A stretch of DNA of 64,000 bases from contig CAVVKJ010000010.1 of the NCBI GenBank assembly GCA_963748815.1, positions 1-64,000 on the forward strand. Reading direction: 5' to 3'. The DNA comes from an uncultured Gemmatimonadales bacterium. GTDB lineage: Bacteria; Gemmatimonadota; Gemmatimonadetes; Gemmatimonadales; GWC2-71-9. A program made the translations under genes and the position numbers. Positions 31,503 to 42,486 of the stretch are shown here, piece by piece. Numbering within the stretch: position 1 is the stretch's first letter; the number at the start of each line of letters is the position of its first letter. Under the pieces are notes generated by a model. That model was not told where the DNA came from. It worked only from the letters and a program-made list of their open reading frames with translations, and did not search any database.

Positions 31503-32408
31503 ATGGCACAGCCCGCACTGCAGGACCTGCTCGAAGCCGGCGTTCACTTCGGCCACCAGACCCGCCGGTGGAACCCGAAGATGCGCCGTTTCATCTTCGC
31601 CGAACGATCCGGCATCTACATCATCGACCTGCAGAAGACCCTCCGGCAGATCATCAAGGCCCAGGAGCTGCTGCGCACCGTCGTCCTCAAGGGCGACAGC
31701 GTCCTCTTCGTCTGCACCAAGCGCCAGCTGAAGGGCGTGGTCCAGGCCGAGGCGGCGGCGAGCGGCGGGCACTACGTGACGGAGCGGTGGCTGGGCGGCA
31801 TGCTCACCAACTTCCAGACGGTCAAGAAGCAGATCCGGCGGCTGAAGGACCTCGAGCAGGGCGCCACGGAAGGCGAGTTCGAGAGCTACACCAAGAAGGA
31901 AAAGCTGCTCTTCGAGCGGGAGCGCGTGAAGCTGTCGCGCAACCTCGAGGGCATCAAGAACATGAACCGGCTGCCCGGCGCGCTCTTCGTCGTGGACGCC
32001 AAGAAGGAAAAGATCGCGGTCGCCGAGGCGAACAAGCTGGGGATCCCGGTGGTGGCCATCGTGGACACCAACGCCGACCCCGACGTGATCACGGTGCCGA
32101 TCCCGGGCAACGACGACGCGATTCGCGCCGTCGCCCTGATCACCCAGGCGCTGGCCGAGACCATTGCCGAGGCCCGGGCGCAGATGCCGGCCCGCGAGGC
32201 GGGCGAGGCGGACGATTCCGAGACCTACAGCACCGATTCCGGCACGGAAGGGGACGCCGACGCGGATCGGAAGAAGCGCCGGGCCCGCCGCAAGCGTCGT
32301 CCGAAGCCGGAGGCCATCGCGGCCCGGCTGAAGGGCGAGGCGGAGACGGCAGAGTCGGGGGAGGCGGAGGCGGCCGCCCCGGCTGCCGCGGCTGAATCGG
32401 ACGCCTAG
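31503..32408 (+). CDS. rpsB: 30S ribosomal protein S2
   Basis: LLEAGVHFGHQTRRWNPKM, RWLGGMLTNF, IPGNDDAIRA. Confidence 0.98.
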   Translation: MAQPALQDLLEAGVHFGHQTRRWNPKMRRFIFAERSGIYIIDLQKTLRQIIKAQELLRTVVLKGDSVLFVCTKRQLKGVVQAEAAASGGHYVTERWLGGMLTNFQTVKKQIRRLKDLEQGATEGEFESYTKKEKLLFERERVKLSRNLEGIKNMNRLPGALFVVDAKKEKIAVAEANKLGIPVVAIVDTNADPDVITVPIPGNDDAIRAVALITQALAETIAEARAQMPAREAGEADDSETYSTDSGTEGDADADRKKRRARRKRRPKPEAIAARLKGEAETAESGEAEAAAPAAAAESDA

Positions 32409-32432
32409 TCCGGCTTCCGCGGGATCCAGCGC

Positions 32433-32473
32433 GCCGCCGCCCCCGGCCTCCAACCGGCTAGGGCGGCGGTTTC
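32433..32473 (+). terminator. Hairpin between rpsB and tsf (terminator/attenuator-like)
   Basis: GCCGCCGCCC...GGGCGGCGGT followed by a short T run. Confidence 0.5.
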
Positions 32474-32504
32474 ACTATCCATCATCACCAGTGAGTGCAA
32501 GACC

Positions 32505-33117
32505 ATGACGACGAAGACACACGCGATTGCTGCGAAGGATGTGGCCGAGCTCCGCGCCCGGACCGGCGCGGGCATGATGGACTGCAAGAAGGCGCTCGAG
32601 GACGCCGCCGGCGACATGGGCAAGGCGGTCGAGTTCCTGCGCGCCAAGGGCATCGCGAAGGCCGAGAAGCGGGCCGGCCGGAGCGCCAGCCAGGGCCTCG
32701 TGGTCAACTACATGCACCACAACGGGCAGGTCGGGGTGCTGGTCGAGCTGAACAGCGAAACCGACTTCGTCGCCCGGACCGAGGAGTTCGGCCAGTTGGC
32801 GCGCGACATCGCGCTCCACATCGCCTCGGCCGATCCGATTGGCGGTCAACGCCGAGGACATCGATCCGGCGCTGCTCGAGAGCGAGCGCCGCATTGCCGA
32901 GCAGCAGGTGGCCGAGGAGGGCAAGCCCGAGGCCATCCGCGCCAAGATCGTCGAGGGCAAGCTCAAGAAGTTCGTGGCGGAGCGGACCCTGCTGGAGCAG
33001 CCGTTCGTGAAGGATGACAGCAAGACGATCGGCGAGCTCGTGAAGGAAGTGTCGGGCAAGCTCGGCGAGGCCCTCGTGGTCCGCCGCTTCGCCCGGTTCA
33101 AGATCGGGGAGGACTGA
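32505..33117 (+). CDS. tsf: Elongation factor Ts, short form (frameshift near 32843)
   Basis: [46 protein letters not shown]. Confidence 0.96.
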
Positions 33118-33827
33118 TGGCCCTCGCCTATGCCCGGGCGTTGTTGAAGGTGTCCGGCGAGGCGCTCGCCGGCGAGAAGGGCGTGGGCGTGGACTTCAAG
33201 GTCGTCGAGACCCTGGCCGACCAGATCAAGACGGTGCACGCGATGGGCGTGCAGCTCAGCCTCGTGGTCGGCGGCGGCAACATCATCCGGGGGACCGCCG
33301 CCAGCCGCGACGGGCTCGACCGGGTCAACGCCGACTACATGGGCATGCTGGCCACGGTCATCAACGCCCTGGCCATGCAGGACGTCCTTGAAAAGCTCGG
33401 CGTGCACACCCGCGTGATGACCGCCATCCGCATGGAGTCGCTCGCCGAGCCGTACATCCGGCGCCGCGCCCAGCGGCACCTCGAGAAGGGCCGCCTCGTC
33501 ATCTTCGCGGGCGGCACCGGCAACCCGTTCTTCTCCACGGACACCGCCGCGGTGCTGCGGGCGCTCGAGGTGGAGGCCGACGTCATCCTCAAGGCCACCA
33601 ACGTCGACGGCGTGTACACCGCGGATCCCCGCACCGACGCGAGCGCCACGTTCATCCCGGAGCTCACCTTCCAGGAAGCGATCGTCAAGGGCTACGCGGT
33701 CATGGACGCCAACGCGTTCGGGCTCTGCAAGGCCAACCAGCTTCCCATCCTGGTCTTCAACATCAACGAACCCGGAGCCATCGCGCGGATCCTGCGGGGC
33801 GAGCGGGTCGGGACGATCGTCCGATGA
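33117..33827 (+). CDS. pyrH: UMP kinase
   Basis: [35 protein letters not shown]. Confidence 0.98.
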   Translation: MALAYARALLKVSGEALAGEKGVGVDFKVVETLADQIKTVHAMGVQLSLVVGGGNIIRGTAASRDGLDRVNADYMGMLATVINALAMQDVLEKLGVHTRVMTAIRMESLAEPYIRRRAQRHLEKGRLVIFAGGTGNPFFSTDTAAVLRALEVEADVILKATNVDGVYTADPRTDASATFIPELTFQEAIVKGYAVMDANAFGLCKANQLPILVFNINEPGAIARILRGERVGTIVR

Positions 33828-34378
33828 GCACGATTCCAGAACTTCTCAAGCACTGCCGGGAGCTGATGGTCAAGGCGGTGGAGAGCACCAAGCGCGAACT
33901 GACCGGCATCCGGAGCGGCAAGGCGAGCACCGCGCTCCTCGACACCATTCGTGTGGAGGCCTACGGGTCGACCGTGCCGCTCAACCAGGTGGCCATGGTC
34001 GCGGCTCCCGAGGCCCGCATGCTCACGGTCCAGCCGTTCGACAAGTCGCTGGCGCCGGTCATCGAGAAGGCCATCCGCGACGGCGACCTCGGCCTCAACC
34101 CCGCCTCGCAGGGCAACGTCATCCGGGTGCCGCTGCCCGCCCTCTCCGAGGAGCGGCGCAAGGAACTCGTGAAGGTGGTGCACAAGCTCGCCGAAGAGGG
34201 GCGCATCGCCATCCGTCACGCGCGGACCGACACCCTCGGCAAGATCAAGAAGCTCGAGCACATGTCCGAGGACGACAAGACGCGCGGCGAAAAGGACGTC
34301 CAGAAACTGACGGACGAACATGTGAAGCTCGTGGACGAGATCATCAAGTCCAAAGAAGCGGAAATCATGGAAGTGTGA
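33824..34378 (+). CDS. frr: Ribosome recycling factor
   Basis: [33 protein letters not shown]. Confidence 0.98.
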   Translation: MSTIPELLKHCRELMVKAVESTKRELTGIRSGKASTALLDTIRVEAYGSTVPLNQVAMVAAPEARMLTVQPFDKSLAPVIEKAIRDGDLGLNPASQGNVIRVPLPALSEERRKELVKVVHKLAEEGRIAIRHARTDTLGKIKKLEHMSEDDKTRGEKDVQKLTDEHVKLVDEIIKSKEAEIMEV

Positions 34379-34382
34379 CCGG

Positions 34383-35123
34383 ATGAGCGATCCGCTGCTT
34401 GACTCGATCCACCAGCAGGGCGCGGTCCCGGCGCACGTCGCCATCATCATGGACGGCAACGGGCGCTGGGCGCAGGCGCGCGCGCTGCCCCGCCCGGCGG
34501 GGCACCAGGCCGGCATGCAGGCAGTCCGCGAGGCGGTCGAGGGAGCGCGCAACGCCGGGGTGCGGGTGCTCACCCTCTTCGCGTTCTCCCAGGAAAACTG
34601 GCAGCGCCCCGCCGAAGAAATTGACGCCCTCATGGCGCTCCTCGAAGAGTATATCGCCCGGGAGCGCGAAGAACTGGTGGCCAAGGGGGTGGCGGTCCGC
34701 TTCCTCGGCGACCTCGACCGGCTGGTGCCCAGCGCGCGCGCCGCGGTGGACGACACCATCCGCGCCACGGCGGGCGGCACCGAGCTGGCCCTCAACATTT
34801 GCATCTCGTACGGCTCCCGCGCCGAGCTGACCCGCGCGGCACGCCTCATCGCCGAGGACGTCGCGGCCGGCCGGCTGGTGCCCGCCGAAGTGGACGAGGC
34901 CGCGGTGGCCCGCCGGCTCTACACGGCGCCCTGGCCCGATCCCGACCTGCTCATCCGAACCTCGGGCGAACTCCGGCTCTCCAATTTCCTGCTCTGGCAA
35001 CTCGCCTACGCGGAGCTGTTCGTCACCCCGGTCCTCTGGCCCGACTTCACGCGGCACGACTTCTTCGAGGCCGTCGCCGAGTTCCAGCGCCGCGACCGGC
35101 GCTTCGGACGCGTCCCGACCTGA
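34383..35123 (+). CDS. uppS: Undecaprenyl diphosphate synthase
   Basis: HVAIIMDGNGRWA, FSQENWQRP, DLLIRTSGELRLSNFLLWQ. Confidence 0.97.
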   Translation: MSDPLLDSIHQQGAVPAHVAIIMDGNGRWAQARALPRPAGHQAGMQAVREAVEGARNAGVRVLTLFAFSQENWQRPAEEIDALMALLEEYIAREREELVAKGVAVRFLGDLDRLVPSARAAVDDTIRATAGGTELALNICISYGSRAELTRAARLIAEDVAAGRLVPAEVDEAAVARRLYTAPWPDPDLLIRTSGELRLSNFLLWQLAYAELFVTPVLWPDFTRHDFFEAVAEFQRRDRRFGRVPT

Positions 35124-35989
35124 TGGATCGCAACATGCAGGCGCGGATCGCGTTCGCTGTCGTCGCGATCCCGGCGGCGCTGGCCATCGTCTGGTTCGGC
35201 GGGTGGGCGCTGGTGGCGCTGCTGACGGTCGCCGGGGTGCTCGGCACCCGGGAACTCTTCAATTTCGCCCGACAGCGCGGCGTGCATCCCTCGCCGGTGC
35301 TGGGGCTCGGCGCCGCGGCCCTCGCCGCCCCGCTCACCTGGCTCGCCCTCAGCCGCTCCAGCGTGTTCGTGATCATCGCCGACTGGTGGCCCTACGCTGG
35401 CGCGGTCTGGATTCTCTCGGTTCTGGGCTGGGCGACGCTGCGCCGGGCCCCCGACGCCCACCCCCTCGGGGCGGCGACGGTCACCCTGGTCGGCCCGCTC
35501 TACGCCGCGGCGCTCCCCGCCTTCCTGCTGGTGCTGCGCCACTCCTCGTTCGGCCTGAAGTCGGCGGCCGGCACCGCCCTCGTCTTCTTCCCCCTCATCG
35601 TGACCTGGGTCGGCGACTCGGCGGCGATGTCGGGCGGGCGCGCGTTCGGCGGGCCGAAGATGGCGCCGACCATCAGCCCGGGAAAGACCCGCTCCGGCGG
35701 CGTCGCCGGCCTGGTCGGTTCCACGGTGGCCGGGGCGCTGCTGGTGCCGCTCGCGCTGCGCCCCGCCGGCTTCGACCTCGGCGTCGCCCCCGCCGCCGCG
35801 ATCGGACTGCTGCTTGGGGCGGTGGGGCAAGTGGGCGACCTCGCCGAGTCGCTCCTCAAGCGGGAGGCGGGCGTCAAGGATTCCAGCCACCTGATCCCCG
35901 GCCACGGCGGGGTCCTCGACCGGTTCGATTCGCTGATCTTCGTGCTTCCCGTCGCGGCGCTCCTGTTCCGCCTGCTCGGCGTCCTCTGA
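35123..35989 (+). CDS. cdsA: Phosphatidate cytidylyltransferase
   Basis: ISPGKT, GDLAESLLKREAGVKDS..IPGHGGVLDRFDS. Confidence 0.96.
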   Translation: MDRNMQARIAFAVVAIPAALAIVWFGGWALVALLTVAGVLGTRELFNFARQRGVHPSPVLGLGAAALAAPLTWLALSRSSVFVIIADWWPYAGAVWILSVLGWATLRRAPDAHPLGAATVTLVGPLYAAALPAFLLVLRHSSFGLKSAAGTALVFFPLIVTWVGDSAAMSGGRAFGGPKMAPTISPGKTRSGGVAGLVGSTVAGALLVPLALRPAGFDLGVAPAAAIGLLLGAVGQVGDLAESLLKREAGVKDSSHLIPGHGGVLDRFDSLIFVLPVAALLFRLLGVL

Positions 35990-37083
35990 TGCGTGGGGTG
36001 GCGGTGCTGGGCTCGACCGGCTCGATCGGCCGGAGCACGCTGGCCGTCCTCGAACGGCAGCGGGAACACTTCCGCGTCGTGGCCCTGACCGGCGGTCGCA
36101 ACGCCTCCCTCCTCGAAACGCAGCGCCGCGCCTGGACGCCCGAGTTCACGGGGCTGGCCGATTCCGCCGGCGCGGACGTCCTGATCGAGGCGGCCACCCA
36201 CCCCGCGGTGGACATCGTGGTGAACGCGGTCGTGGGCGCCGCCGGCCTCGACGCGACGCTCGCCGCGCTCCGTGCCGGCAAGCGGGTCGCGCTGGCCAAC
36301 AAGGAGTCGCTGGTCATGGCCGGGGAGCTGGTGCTGGAGGCGGCGCGGTCCGGGGGCGGCGAACTGATCCCGGTGGACAGCGAGCACAGCGCGGTGCTGC
36401 AGTGCCTCGCCGGACACGGTGGCGAGCTGGAGCGCCTTATCCTGACGGCGTCCGGCGGCCCGTTCCGCGAGTGGCCTGCGGCCCGGGTGGCGGCGGCCAC
36501 GGTGGAGGAGGCGCTGCGCCATCCGACCTGGACGATGGGCAGCAAGATCACCGTCGACAGCGCCACGCTCGCGAACAAGGCGCTCGAGGTCATCGAGGCG
36601 CACTTCCTCTACGGGCTCCCCTACGACCGGATCGAGGTGGTGGTGCACCCGCAGAGCATCGTGCATGCGTTCGTGGAGTTCCGCGACGGCAGCGTCCTCG
36701 CGCAACTCGGCTTCCCGACGATGGAGCTGCCCATTCTCTACGCGCTCACCCATCCCGCCCGGCTGCCAGACCGCGGCGTGCCGCGGTTCGATCCGGTCGC
36801 GGCCGGGGCGCTGACCTTCGAGCCGGTGCGTGCCGACGTGTTTCACACCTTCGCGGCCGGCGTCGAGGCGGGCCGCGCCGGCGGGACCGCCCCCGCGGCG
36901 TTCAACGCCGCCAACGAGGTCGCCGTCGCCGCCTTTCTCGACCGCCGCATTCCGTTCGGCCGCATCGGGGAGACCGTGCGCGCCGTGCTCGACGCCCACG
37001 CCGTCCAGCCCGCCACGACGCTGGAGGCGGTGCGCGAGGCAGACCGGTGGGCGCGGGCCCGAGCCCTGGAGGAGATGACGTGA
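35989..37083 (+). CDS. dxr: 1-deoxy-D-xylulose 5-phosphate reductoisomerase
   Basis: LGSTGSIG, LANKESLV, PVDSEHSA, LTASGGPFR, HPTWTMGSKITVDSAT, NAANE. Confidence 0.97.
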   Translation: MRGVAVLGSTGSIGRSTLAVLERQREHFRVVALTGGRNASLLETQRRAWTPEFTGLADSAGADVLIEAATHPAVDIVVNAVVGAAGLDATLAALRAGKRVALANKESLVMAGELVLEAARSGGGELIPVDSEHSAVLQCLAGHGGELERLILTASGGPFREWPAARVAAATVEEALRHPTWTMGSKITVDSATLANKALEVIEAHFLYGLPYDRIEVVVHPQSIVHAFVEFRDGSVLAQLGFPTMELPILYALTHPARLPDRGVPRFDPVAAGALTFEPVRADVFHTFAAGVEAGRAGGTAPAAFNAANEVAVAAFLDRRIPFGRIGETVRAVLDAHAVQPATTLEAVREADRWARARALEEMT

Positions 37084-38456
37084 TCGCTCTGCAGACTACC
37101 CTGTCCCTGCTGGTCGTCCTCGGCATCCTGGTCTTCGTGCACGAGGCCGGGCACTTCCTCGCCGCGAAGTGGGCCGGCGTCTGGGTGCATCGTTTCGCGC
37201 TCGGCATTGGCAACCCGATTCCGGGCCTCTCCTTCAAGTGGCGCGAGACCGAGTATGCCATCTGCTGGCTGCCGCTCGGCGGGTACGTCAAGATGGCCAC
37301 CGCGGAAGAGGAGGCCACCAGCAGCGCGCTCGAGGGCGGGACGCCGGAGGCGGTCGTGCCCCCCGAGATGTACTTCGAGGCGAAGCCGGTCTGGAAGCGG
37401 ATGATCATCATCCTGGCCGGCGTGACGATGAACACCCTCTTCGCGTGGGCGGTGTTTGCCGGCCTGGCGCTCTCGAACGGCCGGGCCATCAACCCGGAGA
37501 CCCGGGTCGGCCAGGTCGCGACCGCGGACTTGCCGCCGGCGCTGGCCCCGCTCGCCGGGCTCCAGCCGGGCGACAGCATCGTTGCCGTCAATGGCGTGCC
37601 GGTCGCCGACTGGGGCGAGGTGATCGACGGCGTGATGAACGGGCACAGCGACACGATCACCATCGCGGTGGCGGGGAAGCCGCCGATCATCCTGCCGATC
37701 CATCCCGACGCCGTCGAGGAGCGGGCACTGGCGGCGCAGGCCATCAATCCCTGGCTGCCGGCCGAGGTCGCCCTGGTCAATCCAGGGAGCGCGGCCAGCC
37801 GCGCGGGGCTCGAGCCCGGGGACGTCCTGCTCTCGATCGGGGGGGTGCCGACGCCGCAGTGGTGGGACATGAAGTCGTTCGTCGAGGTCCATCCCGGCGA
37901 CACGGTGGCCATCGTGGTGCAGCGGGGCGGCGCCGAGCTCTCGCTGACCGCCGTGCCGACCTCGGAAGTCCTTCGCGGGGCCGACGGCACCGAGCGGACC
38001 GTCGGGCTGCTCGGCGTGCTCCCGGCCACGCAGGCGGTGTACGAACCGTTCTCCCTCGGCGAGGCGATCGGGGCAGGGCTCGACGCCACCATCAACGCCT
38101 CGACGACCGTGGTCCGCTCGGTGCGCGGCATGCTGACGGGCCGGGTCTCGAGCCGGAGCATCGGGGGTCCCATCGCGATCGGGCAGATGGCGGCGCAGTC
38201 GGCCGAGGCGGGGTTGGGGATGTTCTTCGGCTTTCTCGGCCTGATCTCGGTCAACCTGGCGGTGCTGAACCTGCTGCCGATCCCGATCCTGGACGGCGGG
38301 CAGTTCCTCTTCCTGCTGGCGGAGGGAATCCTCCGGCGGCCGCTGTCGCTGAAGCTGCGGGAGCGGCTGACGCTGGTGGGGCTGGTGCTGGTGATGGCGC
38401 TGATGACCTTCGCCTTCTGGAACGACCTGAGCAAGCTCTTCGCGAACTGGGGCTAA
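37080..38456 (+). CDS. rseP: RIP metalloprotease RseP with two PDZ domains
   Basis: HEAGH, LPLGGYVKM, NLLPIPILDGG. Confidence 0.95.
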   Translation: MIALQTTLSLLVVLGILVFVHEAGHFLAAKWAGVWVHRFALGIGNPIPGLSFKWRETEYAICWLPLGGYVKMATAEEEATSSALEGGTPEAVVPPEMYFEAKPVWKRMIIILAGVTMNTLFAWAVFAGLALSNGRAINPETRVGQVATADLPPALAPLAGLQPGDSIVAVNGVPVADWGEVIDGVMNGHSDTITIAVAGKPPIILPIHPDAVEERALAAQAINPWLPAEVALVNPGSAASRAGLEPGDVLLSIGGVPTPQWWDMKSFVEVHPGDTVAIVVQRGGAELSLTAVPTSEVLRGADGTERTVGLLGVLPATQAVYEPFSLGEAIGAGLDATINASTTVVRSVRGMLTGRVSSRSIGGPIAIGQMAAQSAEAGLGMFFGFLGLISVNLAVLNLLPIPILDGGQFLFLLAEGILRRPLSLKLRERLTLVGLVLVMALMTFAFWNDLSKLFANWG

Positions 38457-38633
38457 GACGCTGCCGCGCAAGTGGTTACGCGTGCGGGCGTGGCGGGAGC
38501 GAGGGCGGCTTGGACGGAGCCGGAAGGTGTCCAACCCCTTGTCACGCCACAACTAGCGGGTTATTTTTCTGTGCTTGAAAGAATCGTAGACAATCGACGT
38601 TGCCCACCCGGGCACCCAACGGAAATCGACAGA

Positions 38634-38894
38634 ATGAGCTTCGACAAGCAGGCCGTCACCGAAAAGCATCGCCTCCACGAAACGGACACCGGGTCCGCTC
38701 CGCTGCAGGTGGCCATGCTCACTGAGCGGATCAATTCGCTCACCGATCACTTCCGGACCCATTCGAAGGACCATCACGGTCGTCGTGGGCTCCTGAAGAT
38801 GGTCGGCACCCGGCGTCGCCTGCTCACCTACCTGAAGCGCAGCGACCTGCCGACCTACCGGGCGCTGATCGAGCAACTCGGTCTCCGCCACTAA
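38634..38894 (+). CDS. rpsO: 30S ribosomal protein S15
   Basis: [34 protein letters not shown]. Confidence 0.97.
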   Translation: MSFDKQAVTEKHRLHETDTGSAPLQVAMLTERINSLTDHFRTHSKDHHGRRGLLKMVGTRRRLLTYLKRSDLPTYRALIEQLGLRH

Positions 38895-38909
38895 CTGAAG
38901 CCCGTGGGC

Positions 38910-38947
38910 GAGGGCGTCCCGACCGAGCACGACGGGACGCCCTCTTT
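38910..38947 (+). terminator. Hairpin terminator between rpsO and pnp
   Basis: GAGGGCGTCCCG...CGGGACGCCCTC followed by TTT. Confidence 0.7.
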
Positions 38948-38983
38948 GCATTGCGTGCTCTGAGAAAAGAAAAGGTTGTGACT

Positions 38984-41075
38984 GTGCATCGGATCGAAAC
39001 TGAATTCGCCGGCCGGACCCTCACGATCGAGACCGGCAAGATGGCGAAGCAGGCCGCCGGCTCGTGTCTCGTCCGCTTCGGCGACACCATGGTTCTGGCG
39101 GCGGTGACCGTCTCCAAGAACGTCTCCACCCTCCCGTTCTTCCCGCTCACGGTCGAGTATCGCGAGAAGACCTACGCCGCGGGCAAGATCCCCGGCGGGT
39201 TCCTCAAGCGGGAAGGCCGTCCGTCGGACAAGGAAATCCTTGCCGCCCGCGGCATCGACCGGTCGATCCGGCCGCTCTTCCCCGAGGGGTTCAAGAACGA
39301 GATCCAGGTGTTCGTCACCGTCATCTCGGCCGACCAGGAGAACGACGCCGACGTCCTCGGCGTGCTGGCCGCCTCGACGGCGCTCAGCATCTCGCCGATT
39401 CCGTGGGACGGTCCGATCGCCGCGGTGCGCGTCGGCCAGGTCGAGGGCAACTGGATCCTCAACCCGACCTTCCAGCAGCTTGAGTTTTCCGACGCTCGAC
39501 CTCTTCGTCACCGGGTCGGCCGACTCGATCGTGATGGTCGAGGGCGGGGCGCACGAAATCTCCGAGAAGGACGTCCTCGAGCGCCCTCAAGATCGGGCAG
39601 AAGGGGATCAAGGAGCTGGTCGGGCACGCCAAGAAGATCATCGCCAAGGCGGCCAAGCCGAAGATGGCGTGGAAGAAGGCCGAGCGGGACGAGGCCCTCA
39701 CCAAGCGTGTCACCGAGCTGCTCGAGAAGCCGATGGCCAAGGCGATCAACGCGAAGGACAAGGCCGCGCGCGCCGAGGGCGTCGCCGAGGTCAAGTCGGC
39801 CGCCATCGAGACGCTGGCCGCCGAGTTCCCCGACGCCGGCCGGACATCGGCAACGAGATCGAGGAAGTCGAGTACCGCGTCATGCGCGCCCAGGTGCTCG
39901 ACAAGGGCGAGCGGGTCGACGGACGCGACATCGACACGGTGCGGCCGATCACGCATCGAGAGCCAGCGTGCTGCCCGCGCGCGCACGGCTCCGCGCTGTT
40001 CACGCGCGGCCAGACCCAGGCGCTGGTGGCCGTGACCCTCGGCACCGCCGACGACGAGCAGCGCATCGACACCATCGACGTGCCGCGCGAAACGACCAAG
40101 TCGTTCATGCTGCACTACAACTTCCCGCCGTACTGCACCGGCGAAGTGAAGATCGATCCGCGGCACCAGCCGCCGCGAAATCGGCCACGGCATGCTCGCC
40201 GAGCGGGCCCTGCAGGCGCTGCTCCCGCGCGTACGAGGAGTTCCCCTACACGATGCGCATCGTCTCGGAAGTCCTCGAGTCGAACGGCTCGTCGTCGATG
40301 GCGTCCGTCTGCGGCGGCTCGCTCGCGCTGATGGACGCCGGCGTGCCGATCAAGGCCGCCTGCGCCGGCGTCGCGATGGGGCTGATCAAGGAAGGGAAGA
40401 AGGTCGCCATCCTGACCGACATCCTCGGCTCCGAGGATCACCTCGGCGACATGGACTTCAAGGTGGCCGGCACGACGGCCGGCATCACCTCGATCCAGAT
40501 GGACATCAAGATCGAGGGCCTCGACCTCAAGATCATGGAAGAGGCGCTCGAGCAAGGCCCGCGACGGCCGCCTGCACATCCTCGGCGAGATGGCCAAGGC
40601 CCTCGACACCCACCGCGCCGGAGATGTCGCCGTGGGCGCCGCGGATCTTCACGCTGCAGATCAAGCCCGGACAAGATCGGCGACCTCATCGGCCCGAAGG
40701 GCAAGACCATCCGCGGCATCCAGGACGCCACCGGCGCCAAGATCAACGTCGAGGACTCCGGCCTCGTCACCATCGCCGCCGTCGGCGGCGAGGCGGGCGA
40801 GAAGGCCCGCGAGATGGTCATCGCCATCATGCACCGAGCCCGAGGTCGGCAAGATCTACGAGGGCCCGGTCAAGAGCACCACGGCGTTCGGCGCGTTCAT
40901 CGAGATCATGCCCGGCGTCGAGGGGCTGCTGCACATCAGCGAGCTCCAGCACGCCCGCATCGAGAAGACCGAGGACGTCGTCAAGAAGGGCGACATCGTC
41001 AAGGTCAAGCTCCTCGAGGTGGACGAGCGCGGCCGGATGAAGCTGTCCCGGAAGGCGCTCCTGCCGAAGGAGTAA
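38984..41075 (+). CDS. pnp: Polyribonucleotide nucleotidyltransferase (many apparent frameshifts)
   Basis: [68 protein letters not shown] and S1 domains. Confidence 0.97.
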
Positions 41076-41080
41076 GGACG

Positions 41081-42339
41081 GTGACGACTGTCCGTCTCGA
41101 CGACGGGCTGTTCCAGACGAGCGCACCCAACGGCTGCATGCTCCTCACGGAGACGCTGCCGGGGGTTCGCTCGGCCGCCGTCGGGGATCTGGGTCCGCTC
41201 GGCGAGCGCCCACGAGGCCCGGCCGAAGATGGGCGTGTCCCACCTCCTCGAGCACATGGTGTTCAAGGGCACCGAGCGGCGCAGCGCGCACCAGATCGCC
41301 CTGGAGCTCGAGGTGCGCGGCGGGAGCCTCGACGCCTATACCAGCCGCGACCACACCGAGCTACCAGGCCCACGTCCTCGACACCGACCTCCCGCTGGCG
41401 GCCGACATCCTGACCGACCTGGTGCGCCGCCCGCTGCTCCGCGAGCAGGACCTCGTGCCGGAGCGCAACGTGGTGCTGGAGGAGATCAACGGCGTCGAGG
41501 ACACGCCCGACGACCTGGTCTTCGAACTCCACTCCGAGACCCTCTGGCCGGCGCATCCCTACGGCTACTCGATCCTGGGCAGCGCCGACACCGTCACCGC
41601 CCTGTCGGCCGCGGACCTCCAGGCGCTCCCACCGAAACGGGTATTTCCGCGGCAACTGCGTCATCGCCGCCGCGGGCAACGTCGAGCACGAACAGCTCCT
41701 GGCGGTCCTGGCCGGCGAGGGGTGGTTCGACGGGCCCGACCTCGAGGCCCCGCTCCCCCCGCCGAGGCCGGCGCCCCCGCCCGCGGGGTCGTCCGACGCG
41801 AGGGCCGGGACACGACGCAGGCGCATATCGTCTTCGGCACGGATACGTTTCCGTACGCCGACAGCCGCCGGTACGCCATGGGGATGCTGGTCAACGCCTT
41901 CGGCGGCGGGATGTCGAGCCGACTCTTCCAGCGGATCCGCGAGGAGCTGGGGCTGGCGTACGCGATCTACGCCTACCACCAGTTCTACCGGTCGGCGGGG
42001 CAGTCGGGCGTCTACATCGGGACGAAGCCGGAGACGGCCGACCAGGCCATCGAGGCGATCCTGGCCGAGTACCGGCTGATGGCGACCGAGGGGCTTTCGC
42101 CGGCCGAAATCGAGGACGCGCGGCGCCAGTTGAAGGGACAGGTCATGCTCGGCCTCGAGAGCCCGCAGAGCCGGATGAACCGCCTCGCGAGCCTCTCGCT
42201 GCAGGGGGAGGCCTACCGTCCGCTCGACCGGGTCCTGGAGGAGATCGACGCCGTGACGCCGGAGACGCTCGCCGCGGTGGCGGCGGAGTACTTCGCGCCG
42301 GAGCGGCAGACGATTGTCAGGCTGGGACCGGCGGCGTAG
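41081..42339 (+). CDS. M16 (pitrilysin-family) zinc peptidase (frameshifts)
   Basis: GVSHLLEHMVFKGT (HxxEH), ERNVVLEEI, GGGMSSRLFQRIREELGLAY. Confidence 0.92.
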
Positions 42340-42345
42340 TCTGGC

Positions 42346-42419
42346 AGGACTGAGGACTGAGGACTGGCCATCTTCTGTCATTGCGAGGAGGCCCCGGCCG
42401 GGGCCGACGAAGCAATCTC
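42346..42419 (+). repeat. 7-bp tandem (AGGACTG x3) followed by a GTCATTGCGAG...GAAGCAATCTC REP-like palindrome
   Basis: Tandem 42346-42366; palindrome 42377-42419 with inner GGCCCCGGCCGGGGCC. Confidence 0.75.
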
Positions 42420-42486
42420 GGGCCGAGGGGAAGGCCTGATAGTTGAGGGCGTTGTCACATCACCGACATCTACCAAGGGTCGAGCC

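Noticed and set aside
32505..33117. Short EF-Ts (about 200 aa) as a truncation
   Set aside because: Short EF-Ts forms are established in several phyla, and both termini are intact.
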